A stretch of 59,827 bases of DNA from a virus (IMGVR_UViG_3300042292_000091:1-59827), one strand, 5' to 3'; numbered from the stretch's first letter, positions 1 to 10,764 are shown. The notes: generated from the sequence alone by a model not told the origin. Translations and numbers: made by a program.

Positions 1-765
1 GGCTTCACGGGTCTAGCCGCGCTTCAAGCGCAGGACCTTGCTAAATATCGCCCTCTTCGTCAGCGACAGTATTACCAGTCGCCGTATATGCAACAAGGCG
101 GTCTTGATCCCTACATGTCCCCGTACATGCAGGGCGTAGTTGAGCAGCAAAAGAAACAGGCAATTCAGGACTACGGTCGTCAACTTCCGGGTATGGCGGC
201 GGCTGCGGCCCGTGCTGGTGCTAAAGGCGGTACTCGTGAAGCATTGATGCAGTCTGAAGCTCGTCGTGGTCTGAATGAGCAGTTGCAGAATATCCAAGCA
301 ACAGGCCTTCAAAACGCCTACCAACAAGCAACTCAACAGGCGATGGCTGATGCTGCAACTCGCGCTCAGTATGGTCTGGCTGGTACGCAGTTGGGTGAGC
401 AGTCCCGTCAGTTCGGTGCTGGCCTTGGTCTACAAGGTCTTCAACAACAGTTGGCCGCTGCCGGGCAGCTTGGTCAGTTGGGTCAGCAGCAATATCAACA
501 GCAGTCAGGCATCCTCGGTGCTCAACTCGGTGCCGGTGCCCAACAACAGGCGCTCAAGCAGCAGATGCTTGCGTCGGACTACCAACGCTTCATTGACGAG
601 ATGCAGTATCCGTACAAGCAGTTGGAGTTCATGTCGAACTTGATTCGTGGTATCCCGTCAACGGATAAGACTACAAGTATCTACGAACCGTCCAGCACCC
701 TTGGCATGATTGGCGGTATCTTGGGTAGCGGCGGTGGTATCAATACGCTCTTCGGAGGTCGATGA
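1..765 (+). CDS. Internal virion/ejection protein, Q/G/A-rich, 5'-truncated
   Basis: Frame is open from base 1 (GFTGLAALQ...) into track ORF 88..765; YMSPYMQGVV and QYPYKQLEFMS motifs typical of podovirus pilot/ejection proteins. Confidence 0.65.
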   Translation, partial: GFTGLAALQAQDLAKYRPLRQRQYYQSPYMQQGGLDPYMSPYMQGVVEQQKKQAIQDYGRQLPGMAAAAARAGAKGGTREALMQSEARRGLNEQLQNIQATGLQNAYQQATQQAMADAATRAQYGLAGTQLGEQSRQFGAGLGLQGLQQQLAAAGQLGQLGQQQYQQQSGILGAQLGAGAQQQALKQQMLASDYQRFIDEMQYPYKQLEFMSNLIRGIPSTDKTTSIYEPSSTLGMIGGILGSGGGINTLFGGR

Positions 766-2171
766 TGGCTATCACTCCGCTTAACCCGCTTGTGCGAACG
801 ATGCTGACTTCGCTTCATGGCGCGATGGCTAAAGGTATGCCGATGGATCAAGCCATGACTTATGTGAAGAGCATGGCTCAGCAGGGCATTGCTCCGCTTG
901 TTGATCTCTCTGCCATGCTGCGTCAGTTTGAGCAATTAAAGCAGCCTGAAACTCGTCCTATGCAAACTGGGACTGTGCGAGATCAAATTAACATGGCGGC
1001 GCAAGCACGTGCTGGTGGACTGGGCGGGTTTCAAATGCAACCTACCCAAACTGCACCACAGATTGCTACTCAACCCATGATGTCTCCGCAAATGACGGCT
1101 CCTCAAATGGCTCCGCAAGCAAGTGGTCTTGCCTCGCTTGATGCTGGCAGGATGGAGAATCCGCAGGGCTTTGCCGGTGGCGGCATCGTGGCGTTTGATC
1201 AAGGTGGCGTCAGTGCGTCCACTCCGCCTATCGTGGCGGCGAACTTGCCGAAGCCGCGCTCGGATCAACAGATTTACGATTACTTCGCAAACATCATGGG
1301 ACAAGGTTATGTCCCGGCGTTTAAGAAGCAGGAAGAAGAACTGGAAGGAATTGAGAAAGAGCAAGGTATTGGCGAGTACGCCAAGTCGCTTCAGGAAGAA
1401 GCGGATTTATTGAAGCGGCAGGAAAAGCGTTCGCTTGAAGAGTTGGAGGCTGACCGGGGCAATTTACGCCGTCAGGAAGCTGCCGATATCGCAGGTTACG
1501 CCACTAAGTCTCGTAGCGCGTTGGAGGCAATGGCGAAAGCACGTAGTGCGGCTGTTACTCGTGAGCGTGACCTTGAAAAAGAGATTCGCGCTGCCCGTAA
1601 TGAACGTGAGAAAGCAGCTATTAATCTGACTAAGGCTAAAGAAACTGCTAGAACAACTCGCACCACAACTGCCATGAACCGCGTTAATCAACTTGAAACT
1701 AAGTTGGAAACGGCAGAAAAGACGCTTAATGATCGTCAAGCTCAACGCGAAAATGTTGCATTGGAGTATCAATACCGCACGGCGTTGGCTGGGTTTGAAG
1801 CAGCATCTCGTATGGCTCTGGCTGAGTATGATCGCGGTACACAGATCGCTGTTAGAGAAGCGCAGGCGAGAGTCGAGGCCGGTCGCGGTACTTCGACTGA
1901 CTACGTGCTTGGCGGTGCATTAGCCCGTGTTGGAACGCTGACGGAATCTATCGCTAAAGAAACCGACCCGGCTAAGAAAGCCGCAATGCAGCAAGAACTT
2001 AATCGTGCAAACGCTGAAGTAGATAGAGTCACCAAGTCACTTATTGCAGCTAAACCTAAAACTGGTGCGGCTCCTATTGACGTAACTCAAGCACAGCCTC
2101 AAGGTGGCGCTCCCGCTGCGAACAGTAGTATTCGAGACGAAGCGGACGCCGTTCTTGCTGCCGGGGGTTAA
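762..2171 (+). CDS. Internal virion protein, coiled-coil (469 aa)
   Basis: Long ORF coupled to both neighbours; GFAGGGIVAFDQGG motif; E/K/R/A-rich helical second half. Confidence 0.6.
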   Translation: MMAITPLNPLVRTMLTSLHGAMAKGMPMDQAMTYVKSMAQQGIAPLVDLSAMLRQFEQLKQPETRPMQTGTVRDQINMAAQARAGGLGGFQMQPTQTAPQIATQPMMSPQMTAPQMAPQASGLASLDAGRMENPQGFAGGGIVAFDQGGVSASTPPIVAANLPKPRSDQQIYDYFANIMGQGYVPAFKKQEEELEGIEKEQGIGEYAKSLQEEADLLKRQEKRSLEELEADRGNLRRQEAADIAGYATKSRSALEAMAKARSAAVTRERDLEKEIRAARNEREKAAINLTKAKETARTTRTTTAMNRVNQLETKLETAEKTLNDRQAQRENVALEYQYRTALAGFEAASRMALAEYDRGTQIAVREAQARVEAGRGTSTDYVLGGALARVGTLTESIAKETDPAKKAAMQQELNRANAEVDRVTKSLIAAKPKTGAAPIDVTQAQPQGGAPAANSSIRDEADAVLAAGG

Positions 2172-2173
2172 TC

Positions 2174-5100
2174 GTGGCAACGGCTGACGAGTACGCGGCG
2201 TGGATTGTACGTAACAAAGACAAAAAAGGTTCTCGGGAATTCGAGACGGTCGCTGCTGCGTACAGACAAGCGGTACAAGAAGAACAAAGACGGCAGACTG
2301 AAGAAGACAAAGGTGGTGTTGGCGCTGGGTTTATGCGCGGCCTTAAGTCGATGGCCTCAACCGTAAAAACGGCTGGTGAATCTTTAGCTGATGCAGAAAA
2401 AGCCGCGCTTGAAGCCGCCGAACGTAGCCGAATCATTTCTGAGAAGTATGGCGAAGGCCCAACTCTTGAGGCGGCTAAGAAAGCCTACGAAGAGCGCGGT
2501 GCATTAGGCGCTGCTGGCGAAGCTGTTGGAAGTATCCCCGAAGCTGTTGCTGAACAACTTCCTCAAATGGGACTTACGATAGCAGGTGCTAAAGCAGGTT
2601 CTGCTCTTGGTGCTATGGTTGGCGGTCCCGCTGCACCTGTAACTGCGTTAGTTGGCGGTATTACCGGCGCTGTCACTCCGTCCTTCATGCAGCAGTACGG
2701 CGCAAACATTCAGCGCCAAGCCGAAGAAGACATCGCCGCAGGTCGTGATGTTGATATCTCCCGCACAGCCGCCGCTGCCGCCGCTGTACCACAAGCTGCG
2801 CTCGACGTAGCAAGCCAAGCTTTAATTCTTGGTCGCGTCCTCCGCAAAAAACTTTTTGGTGAAGCGGGTAAGAAGATTGATGAACTCTTAGCCGAAGGCA
2901 CTGAAGAGTCTGCTAAGAAGGCAGAGAAACTAGCACGAGAAGGTCTTGCTAAAACTGTAGCCAAAGGCACCGCCGTAGGTGTAGCTGCTGAAGTTCCGTT
3001 TGAAGTTGTTCAACAAGCACTTGAACGTGCTCAAGCCGGTCTATCAGTTGCCGATAACGACGCTGTACAAGAGTATCTTGAGGTTGGATACCGTACTAGC
3101 CTTATGGCTCCGCTTGGTGGCGTGGGTCGAGTCGTTGATAGAGCCGCTGCACGAACGCAAGTTGCTCGGGCTGAACCTGCCGGTGACTTAACGCAGGAAA
3201 CTCAAGAAGAAGCCGACGCAATAAAGAAGGAAGAAGAGGAAGCGGCTAAGACTCCTCCGCCTCCGTTGCCGTCGTCGATTGACGATGCGCCCCCTGCTTT
3301 GCGCGGTGAATTACGTAGCATAAGCACGCCTAAAGAAGCTGCTGAAACTCTGCGAAATGCGGAGATGTATCTTGCTAACTTGTCAGAAAGCCTTGCTGAT
3401 CCAGAAGGCATGGAGAGAGACGCCCGTTTAATGGGCGTTGAACCGCTTGATGCTGAGCAAAGACTCATGGCTCGCGCCGAAGCTTTGCAAGAAGCCATTC
3501 CGTTCTATCGTCTAAGACTTCAAGAACTGTCGGGTACACCGACAGTTACGACTCCGGCTACACCGGTCGCACCGATTCCGCAAACTGCGGATGCTCAGCA
3601 GCAGTTAATTGAAACGCCAGCCGCCACAGTGACGGCTACGCAACCTACGGTTCAGGTTGATAAGGCTCTGGCTGAAGCAATTAACGTCCCCGGTGCAGAG
3701 ACCCTACCGAAAGGCCAGCCGGTTACGTTAACAACGCCGACCGCTGCGGTTGCTCCAATCCCGCAAACTGCGGGTGCTCAAGCGGCCCTGCCTATCGAAC
3801 CCACTGATGTTGAAGACCCTATTTACCGACAGGCTGTAGATGCGGTTCTTCAGAGTGGTGTGCCTAGTGTCGCTACCATTCAACGCGCCCTTAACGTCAA
3901 TTTGGCGAAGGCGACTGAACTTCTTAGACGTATGGAGCTTGAAGGTGTCGTTACGGCTCCGAAGAATGGCAAGCGTACAATCACGATGGGGCAACGTCAG
4001 GAGGCTCCCAGTGCAACCGTTGAAACAACATCAAGACCTGTTGAGCCAACTGTCGCTGGAGCAGTTGGAAGAAGCGCTGAACTGCCTTTACCGGGACCAG
4101 AACCCACTAGACCAGAAGTTGCAGGAGTTGCAAGTGAGGGATTGGGGACTGCTCCACGAACTGCTGTTGATGTTGCTGAAAGAGAAGGACGGGTCGAGCC
4201 TCCATTAGGCGATATCAGCACTGTAACTACCACACAAGAACAGCCATCAATTAGTTCACTGCCCCCGCGCCGTCGTGGTGTAGTGCCGCCGTCTCCTGTC
4301 ATGGCACGACAGGATGTTGAGCAAGCCGCGTCTGAGTCAATTCAAGGCTGGACCAACGCACCGGAAGTTGTTGTTCTTGATAACGAGAACGACACACGCA
4401 TTCCTAAAGGTGTGAAGGTAAACCCTGACGACAAAGGTTTTTACCATGAAGGTAAGACCTACGTTATTGCCAGCCGCGCCACTGACAAAGCCGATGTTCA
4501 CGCCACCGTTCTGCATGAAAGTTTTGGGCATTTCGGGTTGCGGCAGAAGTTCCGTACCCGACTCAACGACATCCTGAACGACATCTACGACACCAACCCA
4601 GCTACTCGCGCTGCGGCGGATGCGATCAAAACCCCCGGCATGAGCAATGCACAGGCAGTGGAAGAAGTTCTTGCTTCCAAGGCTGAAGCCGGTCCAATTA
4701 AAGAAGCCGGTATTCGTGCTGCGTTTAACCGTGTGGCTGCGTTTATTCGCCGCGCTGCTAGAGCGATGGGCATCAAGTTTGCCTACTCTAACAATGACGT
4801 TGCACAGGTCATGCGACTGGCGCAGGAGAAAGTTACGACCGGCAAACGTGAAGTTGTCGGTCTCAAATCTGTCGCTGCTGCAAAAAGAAAAGAACGTAAT
4901 TTACTTAACTCTTCGGCTCAGAAACTTCAAGACCTTAAAATAATGTCGCCTGAGCTTGCGGAAACAGCTTTGGCATTTGCAGAAGGGCTTAGCGACAAGT
5001 TACGTCCCGCCTATTTGCAACTCCGCACCATGCGGGAATTGGAAGACATCTTTGGCAAAATCGTTCCTGCTATTAGGGGGCTTACCCGAGTCGCCACTGA

Positions 5101-7714
5101 ACGTGCTGTGAAATTGCGCGAAATGCGCGGTGATATTAATAACAATGTTACTAAATGGAATGACGTACTGTCAGATAAAAAATATAAAGGCGTAATTCAA
5201 AAGTTTTACAGAATTGCGCTTGAGTCTACTGAAACGCAGACCGATTTCCGTAGGACTATTAAACTCAAGAACGGCACGGTTGTTCCTAACAAGGATTACA
5301 ATTCTTTAGACAAACTTACCGCAGAGTTTGAGAGTCTTCCGCAGCCTCTTAAAGATGTTTACTTCGATATGCTTGACGCTTACCGGCAGATGTCTGATCG
5401 GTACATTGAGCTTATTACGAAGAACCTGCCCCCCACGGCAGCTAATTTGATTCGTAAAGAAATTGAATCCCGCAGAATTAAAATTTATTTGCCGCTATAT
5501 CGTGACGGCGATTATTGGATTCGCTATCAAGATAGAAATGGTGAAACTGTTGTTGAGTCTTTTACAAGCAGAAAAGCGCGGCTGTTCGCTATCCGTGACT
5601 TAGTAAAAGCGGGTATTAACCGAAGTAGTATTCAACAGTATTCCAAGATTGAAGACGCCTTTGAAGCGCCGGGTATGGGCAGCTTTGGGTTCTTCGGTAA
5701 GGTAAACGAAGAGATAGATAAGTATTACAAAGATCAGTTCGGTCCTAGAGCGCAAATCCCTGCCGAACTGAAGCAGACTTTGTATAAGTTGTTTTTGGAC
5801 ACTATTCCTGCTTCGTCCGTACGGCAGCAGTTCCGTAAGCGTGAGGGTTATAAAGGCGCTAAGAAAGACCTTCTTAACGTCTATGCCATCGTCGCTTCTC
5901 GCATGGCGAACCAACTGACTAACCTTGAATATGCGCCGCAAATTGACGAAGCCACGAAGTTAGTCGAGGAAGACGTAGCCAAAGACGGCTCAATGACGGC
6001 GTTGCAACTTGGCAACGAATTAAAAGTACGGCTTAACTTTTTGCGTGATCCGTCTAATAGCAGTTTGGTTAACCGTTTTGTGTTCATGAGCTACGCAGAT
6101 TTTATCTTGGGCAATATGTCCTCTGCCGTAGCCAACACTACTAACTTGCCGATGATTGTTTATCCGATGCTTGGCGGCGAGTACGGCTACGGTAAAGCCA
6201 AGACTGCAATGGAAGATGCAATTGCCATGTACTTCCAAGGCGGTTGGGACGACGATGGTAAAGCAGGAAAACCGAGGAAATTTCCAGAGGCCGACCGTAC
6301 TGCGTTTGACCCGGCTTCTATTCCGCCCAATTCTCCGTTGGGACGATTGTTTGAAGAGGCTGTTAAGCAGGGTGCTATCAAGCACTCGGTTGGCTACGAC
6401 ATTATGGAGGCTCGTGACCGGGGAGCCACGCTCAGCGATTACTCTGGAATGCTTAACTACACTAAGCAGTTCTTGGGCTGGACGTTCCAAAACACAGAGC
6501 GTTTTAACCGCGAAGTGACTCTTATCGCGGCGTTCCGATTGGAGATGGAGAAGAAAAGAGCGCAGGGTCTTACGGGACGGGCTGTTGAAAAAGAAGCCAT
6601 TAACAAAGCTATTCGCCTTGCAGATGAAGCCAACGGTGAAACGCTAACTGAGCTTAGCCCGCGCATATTCCAGACTGGGGTATTAAAGGTTGCCCTCACG
6701 TTTAAACGCTTTGCTAGGGCCATGTATGCACTTCAGGTGCGACTGCTACGCGATGCTCTTGAGGGGTCAAAAACTGATACGACGGGGATGAGTCCACAAG
6801 AGAAAGCCGAGGCAGAGGCTGCTGACCGTGAGTTTAGAAAGGTTGCTATTAAGCAATGGGTGGGTACTGTTGGCGGTGCGTTTACGTTTGCGGGTATTCA
6901 GGGATTGCCGTTTTATGGTTTAGCCACTGGGTTGTCTGCGATGGCAAGTGCTGTATCGGCTGCGATGTTTGGTGAAGCAGATGATGAAATCACTGACGCA
7001 GAAGAAGACCTGAAGCAAGACGTTGGACTTGGGGCATTTAGGGGTCCGGTCAACCAGATTTTTGGTATCGACATGGCGGCTCGTACTGGCTTTAACGGTA
7101 TGTTTTGGCGCGATGACCCACGCCGTTTAGATGAAATTGGATTGGAACTGTTTGCGATTGAACAGTTTTTAGGCCCTGCGTACGCCTCTATTCGTTCTCG
7201 TACCGAAGCAGTAAAAGAATGGTATGAAGATGGGTATTCTGATCGCGTGCTTGAAAAGCTGTTGCCGATTGCTGCTAGAAACTTTGCTAAAGCGTGGCGT
7301 TACTACAGTGATGGTGTATTGACTAGAGACGGCAAACAAATCACTGAAGACCTTGATGCCTACGAAATTTTCATGCAAGCGTTTGGATTTACGCCGACGC
7401 AGGTATCGGAAGCAACGGCTCGTGCTGGCGCTAGAAAAGAAATTGTTGATAGCGTTATTGAACGCCGACAGGCGTTGTTTAAGGATGCTTATTCTGCATG
7501 GTCACAAGGCGACCAAGAAGGCTACGAAGAAGCTTTGCAAGATATTAGTAAGTGGAACAAAACTAAAACTGCCGCTGAATTTGACGCTAAAATTAATTGG
7601 GACGAACTTGAACAGTCGTTCCGTCAGCGCAGTAAGGCTGCTGAAGAAGCCGTTGATGGTATTTCAATACCAAAACGATACCGTGAAGGTGCTATCAATC
7701 GGGTAAAAGAGTAA
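2174..7714 (+). CDS. Large polyvalent internal virion/DNA-ejection protein (1846 aa) with FtsK-gamma-like and zincin-like domains
   Basis: Size and position at end of structural arm; DPIYRQAVDAV...IQRALNVNLAKATELLRRMELEGVV winged-helix; VLHESFGHFGLR metallopeptidase-like motif. Confidence 0.7.
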   Translation: MATADEYAAWIVRNKDKKGSREFETVAAAYRQAVQEEQRRQTEEDKGGVGAGFMRGLKSMASTVKTAGESLADAEKAALEAAERSRIISEKYGEGPTLEAAKKAYEERGALGAAGEAVGSIPEAVAEQLPQMGLTIAGAKAGSALGAMVGGPAAPVTALVGGITGAVTPSFMQQYGANIQRQAEEDIAAGRDVDISRTAAAAAAVPQAALDVASQALILGRVLRKKLFGEAGKKIDELLAEGTEESAKKAEKLAREGLAKTVAKGTAVGVAAEVPFEVVQQALERAQAGLSVADNDAVQEYLEVGYRTSLMAPLGGVGRVVDRAAARTQVARAEPAGDLTQETQEEADAIKKEEEEAAKTPPPPLPSSIDDAPPALRGELRSISTPKEAAETLRNAEMYLANLSESLADPEGMERDARLMGVEPLDAEQRLMARAEALQEAIPFYRLRLQELSGTPTVTTPATPVAPIPQTADAQQQLIETPAATVTATQPTVQVDKALAEAINVPGAETLPKGQPVTLTTPTAAVAPIPQTAGAQAALPIEPTDVEDPIYRQAVDAVLQSGVPSVATIQRALNVNLAKATELLRRMELEGVVTAPKNGKRTITMGQRQEAPSATVETTSRPVEPTVAGAVGRSAELPLPGPEPTRPEVAGVASEGLGTAPRTAVDVAEREGRVEPPLGDISTVTTTQEQPSISSLPPRRRGVVPPSPVMARQDVEQAASESIQGWTNAPEVVVLDNENDTRIPKGVKVNPDDKGFYHEGKTYVIASRATDKADVHATVLHESFGHFGLRQKFRTRLNDILNDIYDTNPATRAAADAIKTPGMSNAQAVEEVLASKAEAGPIKEAGIRAAFNRVAAFIRRAARAMGIKFAYSNNDVAQVMRLAQEKVTTGKREVVGLKSVAAAKRKERNLLNSSAQKLQDLKIMSPELAETALAFAEGLSDKLRPAYLQLRTMRELEDIFGKIVPAIRGLTRVATERAVKLREMRGDINNNVTKWNDVLSDKKYKGVIQKFYRIALESTETQTDFRRTIKLKNGTVVPNKDYNSLDKLTAEFESLPQPLKDVYFDMLDAYRQMSDRYIELITKNLPPTAANLIRKEIESRRIKIYLPLYRDGDYWIRYQDRNGETVVESFTSRKARLFAIRDLVKAGINRSSIQQYSKIEDAFEAPGMGSFGFFGKVNEEIDKYYKDQFGPRAQIPAELKQTLYKLFLDTIPASSVRQQFRKREGYKGAKKDLLNVYAIVASRMANQLTNLEYAPQIDEATKLVEEDVAKDGSMTALQLGNELKVRLNFLRDPSNSSLVNRFVFMSYADFILGNMSSAVANTTNLPMIVYPMLGGEYGYGKAKTAMEDAIAMYFQGGWDDDGKAGKPRKFPEADRTAFDPASIPPNSPLGRLFEEAVKQGAIKHSVGYDIMEARDRGATLSDYSGMLNYTKQFLGWTFQNTERFNREVTLIAAFRLEMEKKRAQGLTGRAVEKEAINKAIRLADEANGETLTELSPRIFQTGVLKVALTFKRFARAMYALQVRLLRDALEGSKTDTTGMSPQEKAEAEAADREFRKVAIKQWVGTVGGAFTFAGIQGLPFYGLATGLSAMASAVSAAMFGEADDEITDAEEDLKQDVGLGAFRGPVNQIFGIDMAARTGFNGMFWRDDPRRLDEIGLELFAIEQFLGPAYASIRSRTEAVKEWYEDGYSDRVLEKLLPIAARNFAKAWRYYSDGVLTRDGKQITEDLDAYEIFMQAFGFTPTQVSEATARAGARKEIVDSVIERRQALFKDAYSAWSQGDQEGYEEALQDISKWNKTKTAAEFDAKINWDELEQSFRQRSKAAEEAVDGISIPKRYREGAINRVKE

Positions 7715-7918
7715 TTAACCAACTCTCCAAACCCTAACGCCAAGGTGTCCTTCCTTGGACGAGGCATAAGCCTTCACTCGTACTTGAGCGGCCTTGGCTC
7801 GGCAGTCTATCACGTACAGCATTTCCGCAATCTTGAGGGTAGGGATGAAGAAACTGTCCCCCACCGCCATACCCTCAAACGGAAAAATCCATTCAGGTTC
7901 AAGTACTTTGATTGTCAT
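7715..7918 (-). CDS. Small phage protein, possible DNA-binding
   Basis: FPFEGMAVGDSFFIP...GVRVWRV pattern recurrent in phage proteins; abuts convergent gene end. Confidence 0.6.
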   Translation of the reverse strand: MTIKVLEPEWIFPFEGMAVGDSFFIPTLKIAEMLYVIDCRAKAAQVRVKAYASSKEGHLGVRVWRVG

Positions 7919-10715
7919 CTAACATCTCTTTGGGGATGTCGTACTGGAATGAATAGACATGAATCGGAGGCGAGTTCATACCGGCCTTCCACCCTGTCGA
8001 GAGCCGCATCTTCTTGGACTCCAACTTAACAGTGGACTTCTCTAGTGCTTTTTCAAACTCAGCGGAGCCTACGCTCTTCTCGGATAAAAACTTCTTAAAT
8101 TTGCTCTTCGACACGTATTGAGTGCCGCTACCGATCTCGACACGGGCTACAAGTTCACCAAACGGCTCGTTCACGACCCGACCCTCATCGAAAATCAACG
8201 TGCCACGCCGCCACTGATCGTTCAAGAACTCGGTGATAAGTCCTTCGTAATCCGTAATCTGATGCTTCTGGGTGCTGTCCCTCACTTTGATGGTCTCCAG
8301 TATTACCTTGTCGTAGATACGCTCTATATCGAGGTCGATGATCCCGGCTTCAATGGCAATCTCGGCTCCTGCAAACGTCGCGCTAAACGCAGTTTCATAA
8401 AACCGGAAGGCAGCGTTGCTACCTAACTTGCTTGCGACAAGCCGCTTGCTCCACTTGGCGATACGAGCCTTGATCTCTTCCTCGCCTAACGTCAAAAGGT
8501 AATCTACATACGCAGCGCCCGCGTGACCGTAGTTGTCATGCAAAGGATTAAATATGCTACGCCCGACTTCGATGGTCAGGTACGAGGGCTGAACCAACAC
8601 GTACTCCAAGAGACGCATGATCTCGCCGCTTGCGTTGGCCTTCTTCGACAGGATCAAATCGTAAAGCGATATGTTCGATGACATGAGGCAGAGCATCGAC
8701 GCGATCTCTTGTTGCTCGCGCTCGGCGTTAACCGAACTCTGCATACGCATCTTGCCCTTACCTTGCGAAATCAAGTGAACAAGTTTCGATATCTGCTCGG
8801 GCGGTTTGTCATGCACCTCGTCCATACCCATCATAATGTTCTTGAGGGACATAGCACGGCTGTTAAAAGCGTTGTCTGTAGATTCGTAAACGCTGAGCGG
8901 CTTGGGCGATCCCCATACGGAAAGTGCGGCAAGGAGCGATCCAGACTTGGCTGCGCCAGATAAGCCTGTGAAGCAGAACGACATACCGTTCGTAGACGTA
9001 AACCGCATCAACGGAGAGCCAAACGAGATGAACACGCCGAACGCTTGCATCTCCAACTCTGGCTGATTCAGTTTATTGATGCAGTCTTTCCATACTTGGA
9101 AGTCACCCTTCGGCTTCATAAGCCGCGCCACATCACGTATTAGGGGACTGGATGCCGCCCTGCGTTGCTTACCGTTACCGTAAAACTCTGTCTCGCCAAC
9201 AATGAAAGACTTTGAGTTTTGCGACCAACCCATCTGACGGCAGACGTTCTCTGCTCTGTCGCGGCTTTGTAGATAGTGTGCCCATTTCATAGTGTACTCC
9301 ACGATTTTCGGCCATAGTTTCTGGTTAGGCGGCGCGACTCCTGCCTTACCTAGAATGACTTTCATGCTTTCAACAGATTGTGCTTCGCCCATAGAAATGT
9401 ACTTCTCCCGAACTTCATGAGGCAGAACGACCCGAAGTAGGAATAACTCACCTTCCTCTTCACCGTACATACGCTGTACCGGGAAAAATTCATTAGTCGA
9501 TATCAGCACCGGTTCAGGTTGGATATTTACTCCGTCTTCGTCGGTTTCTGTGGGGGGTAGGTAATAGATTCCTCCGGTTCGCCCTCGTACATAGGGTAAG
9601 ACCGCTTTAGGAAATACTGGAATTTCTTGGGGATTCTCCGCGACCCGAACTGTGTCCTCTTGACTAACCGTCTCGACTGACGGGGCGGCAACAAACTTTC
9701 GGCCAAGGGCAAGTGGGTTGGTGATTCGTCCCTTATGGGGACATCCGTTGCATCCACCGGGGTTGCGCTGCTCGAAAATGCTGCAACTATGCGGTTTACC
9801 AACTGTTTCATTTGCCTTCCTTAAAGTAGCGTCGGGGCTGTATCCGGGGTAATCCTCGGACATCAGGTGAATTGCAGTTTCCCAATCGGTGCAGTGACGG
9901 GCGATAGACAGAGCAGAATGCCACACTGGTTCTGCCAGTGTCTTAGAGTTAATCAGTGCGTTTTTAATCTGATTGCAGCCGTCTCCATTGAGACTTAATT
10001 CCGCGATGTCTTGGAACGTAGTCTCAAAGTTGTCGAGTTTGGCAATCTGCCGAGTGTCGTCATCCAATCCTTTCGGGATAAGATCAAGAATTGACCCGGC
10101 TGGAGTATCAACTTCACCTAAATAATCTTTAAAGGCAGCAAAGTCGTACTGGTTGAACTCGTCGGTCAGCAGACTCGTTGGATTCGGAGGATCAGTTTTG
10201 AAGTTCAGCGTCTCTGGGCAACGCATGATTCGGGTGATATCAGCCGTCACCACAGGATCAATCTTCATGTGATCCAAGCAGAGTTGCTTGAACTTCTCGG
10301 CGTACGGCTTCCACTCCGCAATCGGAACGTCTTCTTCAAACGGCCAATAGGCATGGACACCGTTGCCAGAATCGACAACGATTGGAGGAGGCAGTTCAGT
10401 GACTTTTAGAAAATGATCTAAGTCTTCGATTGCCTCGACTTTGCTTTTATAGCACCCGGCTTTGTCTGGCTTTACGTCCAGATCAACGAAGAACGAACGA
10501 CAGTAAATAACGTAATCGCTCATGCGGCTATGACCGCTGAAGCTACTCAGAGCAATGAATACGTTTTTACCCGCTACGTTTATCTCTTCTACTAAAGTCT
10601 CAACTTCATCAAGGCTACTGGCAAACCGATTGACTACCTTTTTGTCCTTGGAAATCTCGGTAACACAGTAGACGCCCTGCGAAGGTAGTACTTTCTCATA
10701 AAATTGTTTTCGCAT
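7899..10715 (-). CDS. Primase-helicase (N-terminal primase-like domain, C-terminal DUF927-like P-loop domain)
   Basis: FFVDLD and VDSGNGVHAYW primase motifs; HSC...CNGC Zn motif; GLSGAAKS Walker A-like and MDEV Walker B; start moved to ATG 10715 because a terminator lies at 10736-10764. Confidence 0.8.
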   Translation of the reverse strand: MRKQFYEKVLPSQGVYCVTEISKDKKVVNRFASSLDEVETLVEEINVAGKNVFIALSSFSGHSRMSDYVIYCRSFFVDLDVKPDKAGCYKSKVEAIEDLDHFLKVTELPPPIVVDSGNGVHAYWPFEEDVPIAEWKPYAEKFKQLCLDHMKIDPVVTADITRIMRCPETLNFKTDPPNPTSLLTDEFNQYDFAAFKDYLGEVDTPAGSILDLIPKGLDDDTRQIAKLDNFETTFQDIAELSLNGDGCNQIKNALINSKTLAEPVWHSALSIARHCTDWETAIHLMSEDYPGYSPDATLRKANETVGKPHSCSIFEQRNPGGCNGCPHKGRITNPLALGRKFVAAPSVETVSQEDTVRVAENPQEIPVFPKAVLPYVRGRTGGIYYLPPTETDEDGVNIQPEPVLISTNEFFPVQRMYGEEEGELFLLRVVLPHEVREKYISMGEAQSVESMKVILGKAGVAPPNQKLWPKIVEYTMKWAHYLQSRDRAENVCRQMGWSQNSKSFIVGETEFYGNGKQRRAASSPLIRDVARLMKPKGDFQVWKDCINKLNQPELEMQAFGVFISFGSPLMRFTSTNGMSFCFTGLSGAAKSGSLLAALSVWGSPKPLSVYESTDNAFNSRAMSLKNIMMGMDEVHDKPPEQISKLVHLISQGKGKMRMQSSVNAEREQQEIASMLCLMSSNISLYDLILSKKANASGEIMRLLEYVLVQPSYLTIEVGRSIFNPLHDNYGHAGAAYVDYLLTLGEEEIKARIAKWSKRLVASKLGSNAAFRFYETAFSATFAGAEIAIEAGIIDLDIERIYDKVILETIKVRDSTQKHQITDYEGLITEFLNDQWRRGTLIFDEGRVVNEPFGELVARVEIGSGTQYVSKSKFKKFLSEKSVGSAEFEKALEKSTVKLESKKMRLSTGWKAGMNSPPIHVYSFQYDIPKEMLDDNQST

Positions 10716-10735
10716 GGACACCAACCCACTTAGAT

Positions 10736-10764
10736 AAAAAAGGCGGGGCGACAGCCACCCCGCC
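10736..10764 (-). terminator. Rho-independent terminator
   Basis: Minus strand GGCGGGGTGGCTGTCGCCCCGCC followed by TTTTTT. Confidence 0.7.

Noticed and set aside
7837-7844. KOPS-like GGGNAGGG sites (also 33573-33580)
   Set aside because: I noticed only two, which is compatible with chance; no visible enrichment
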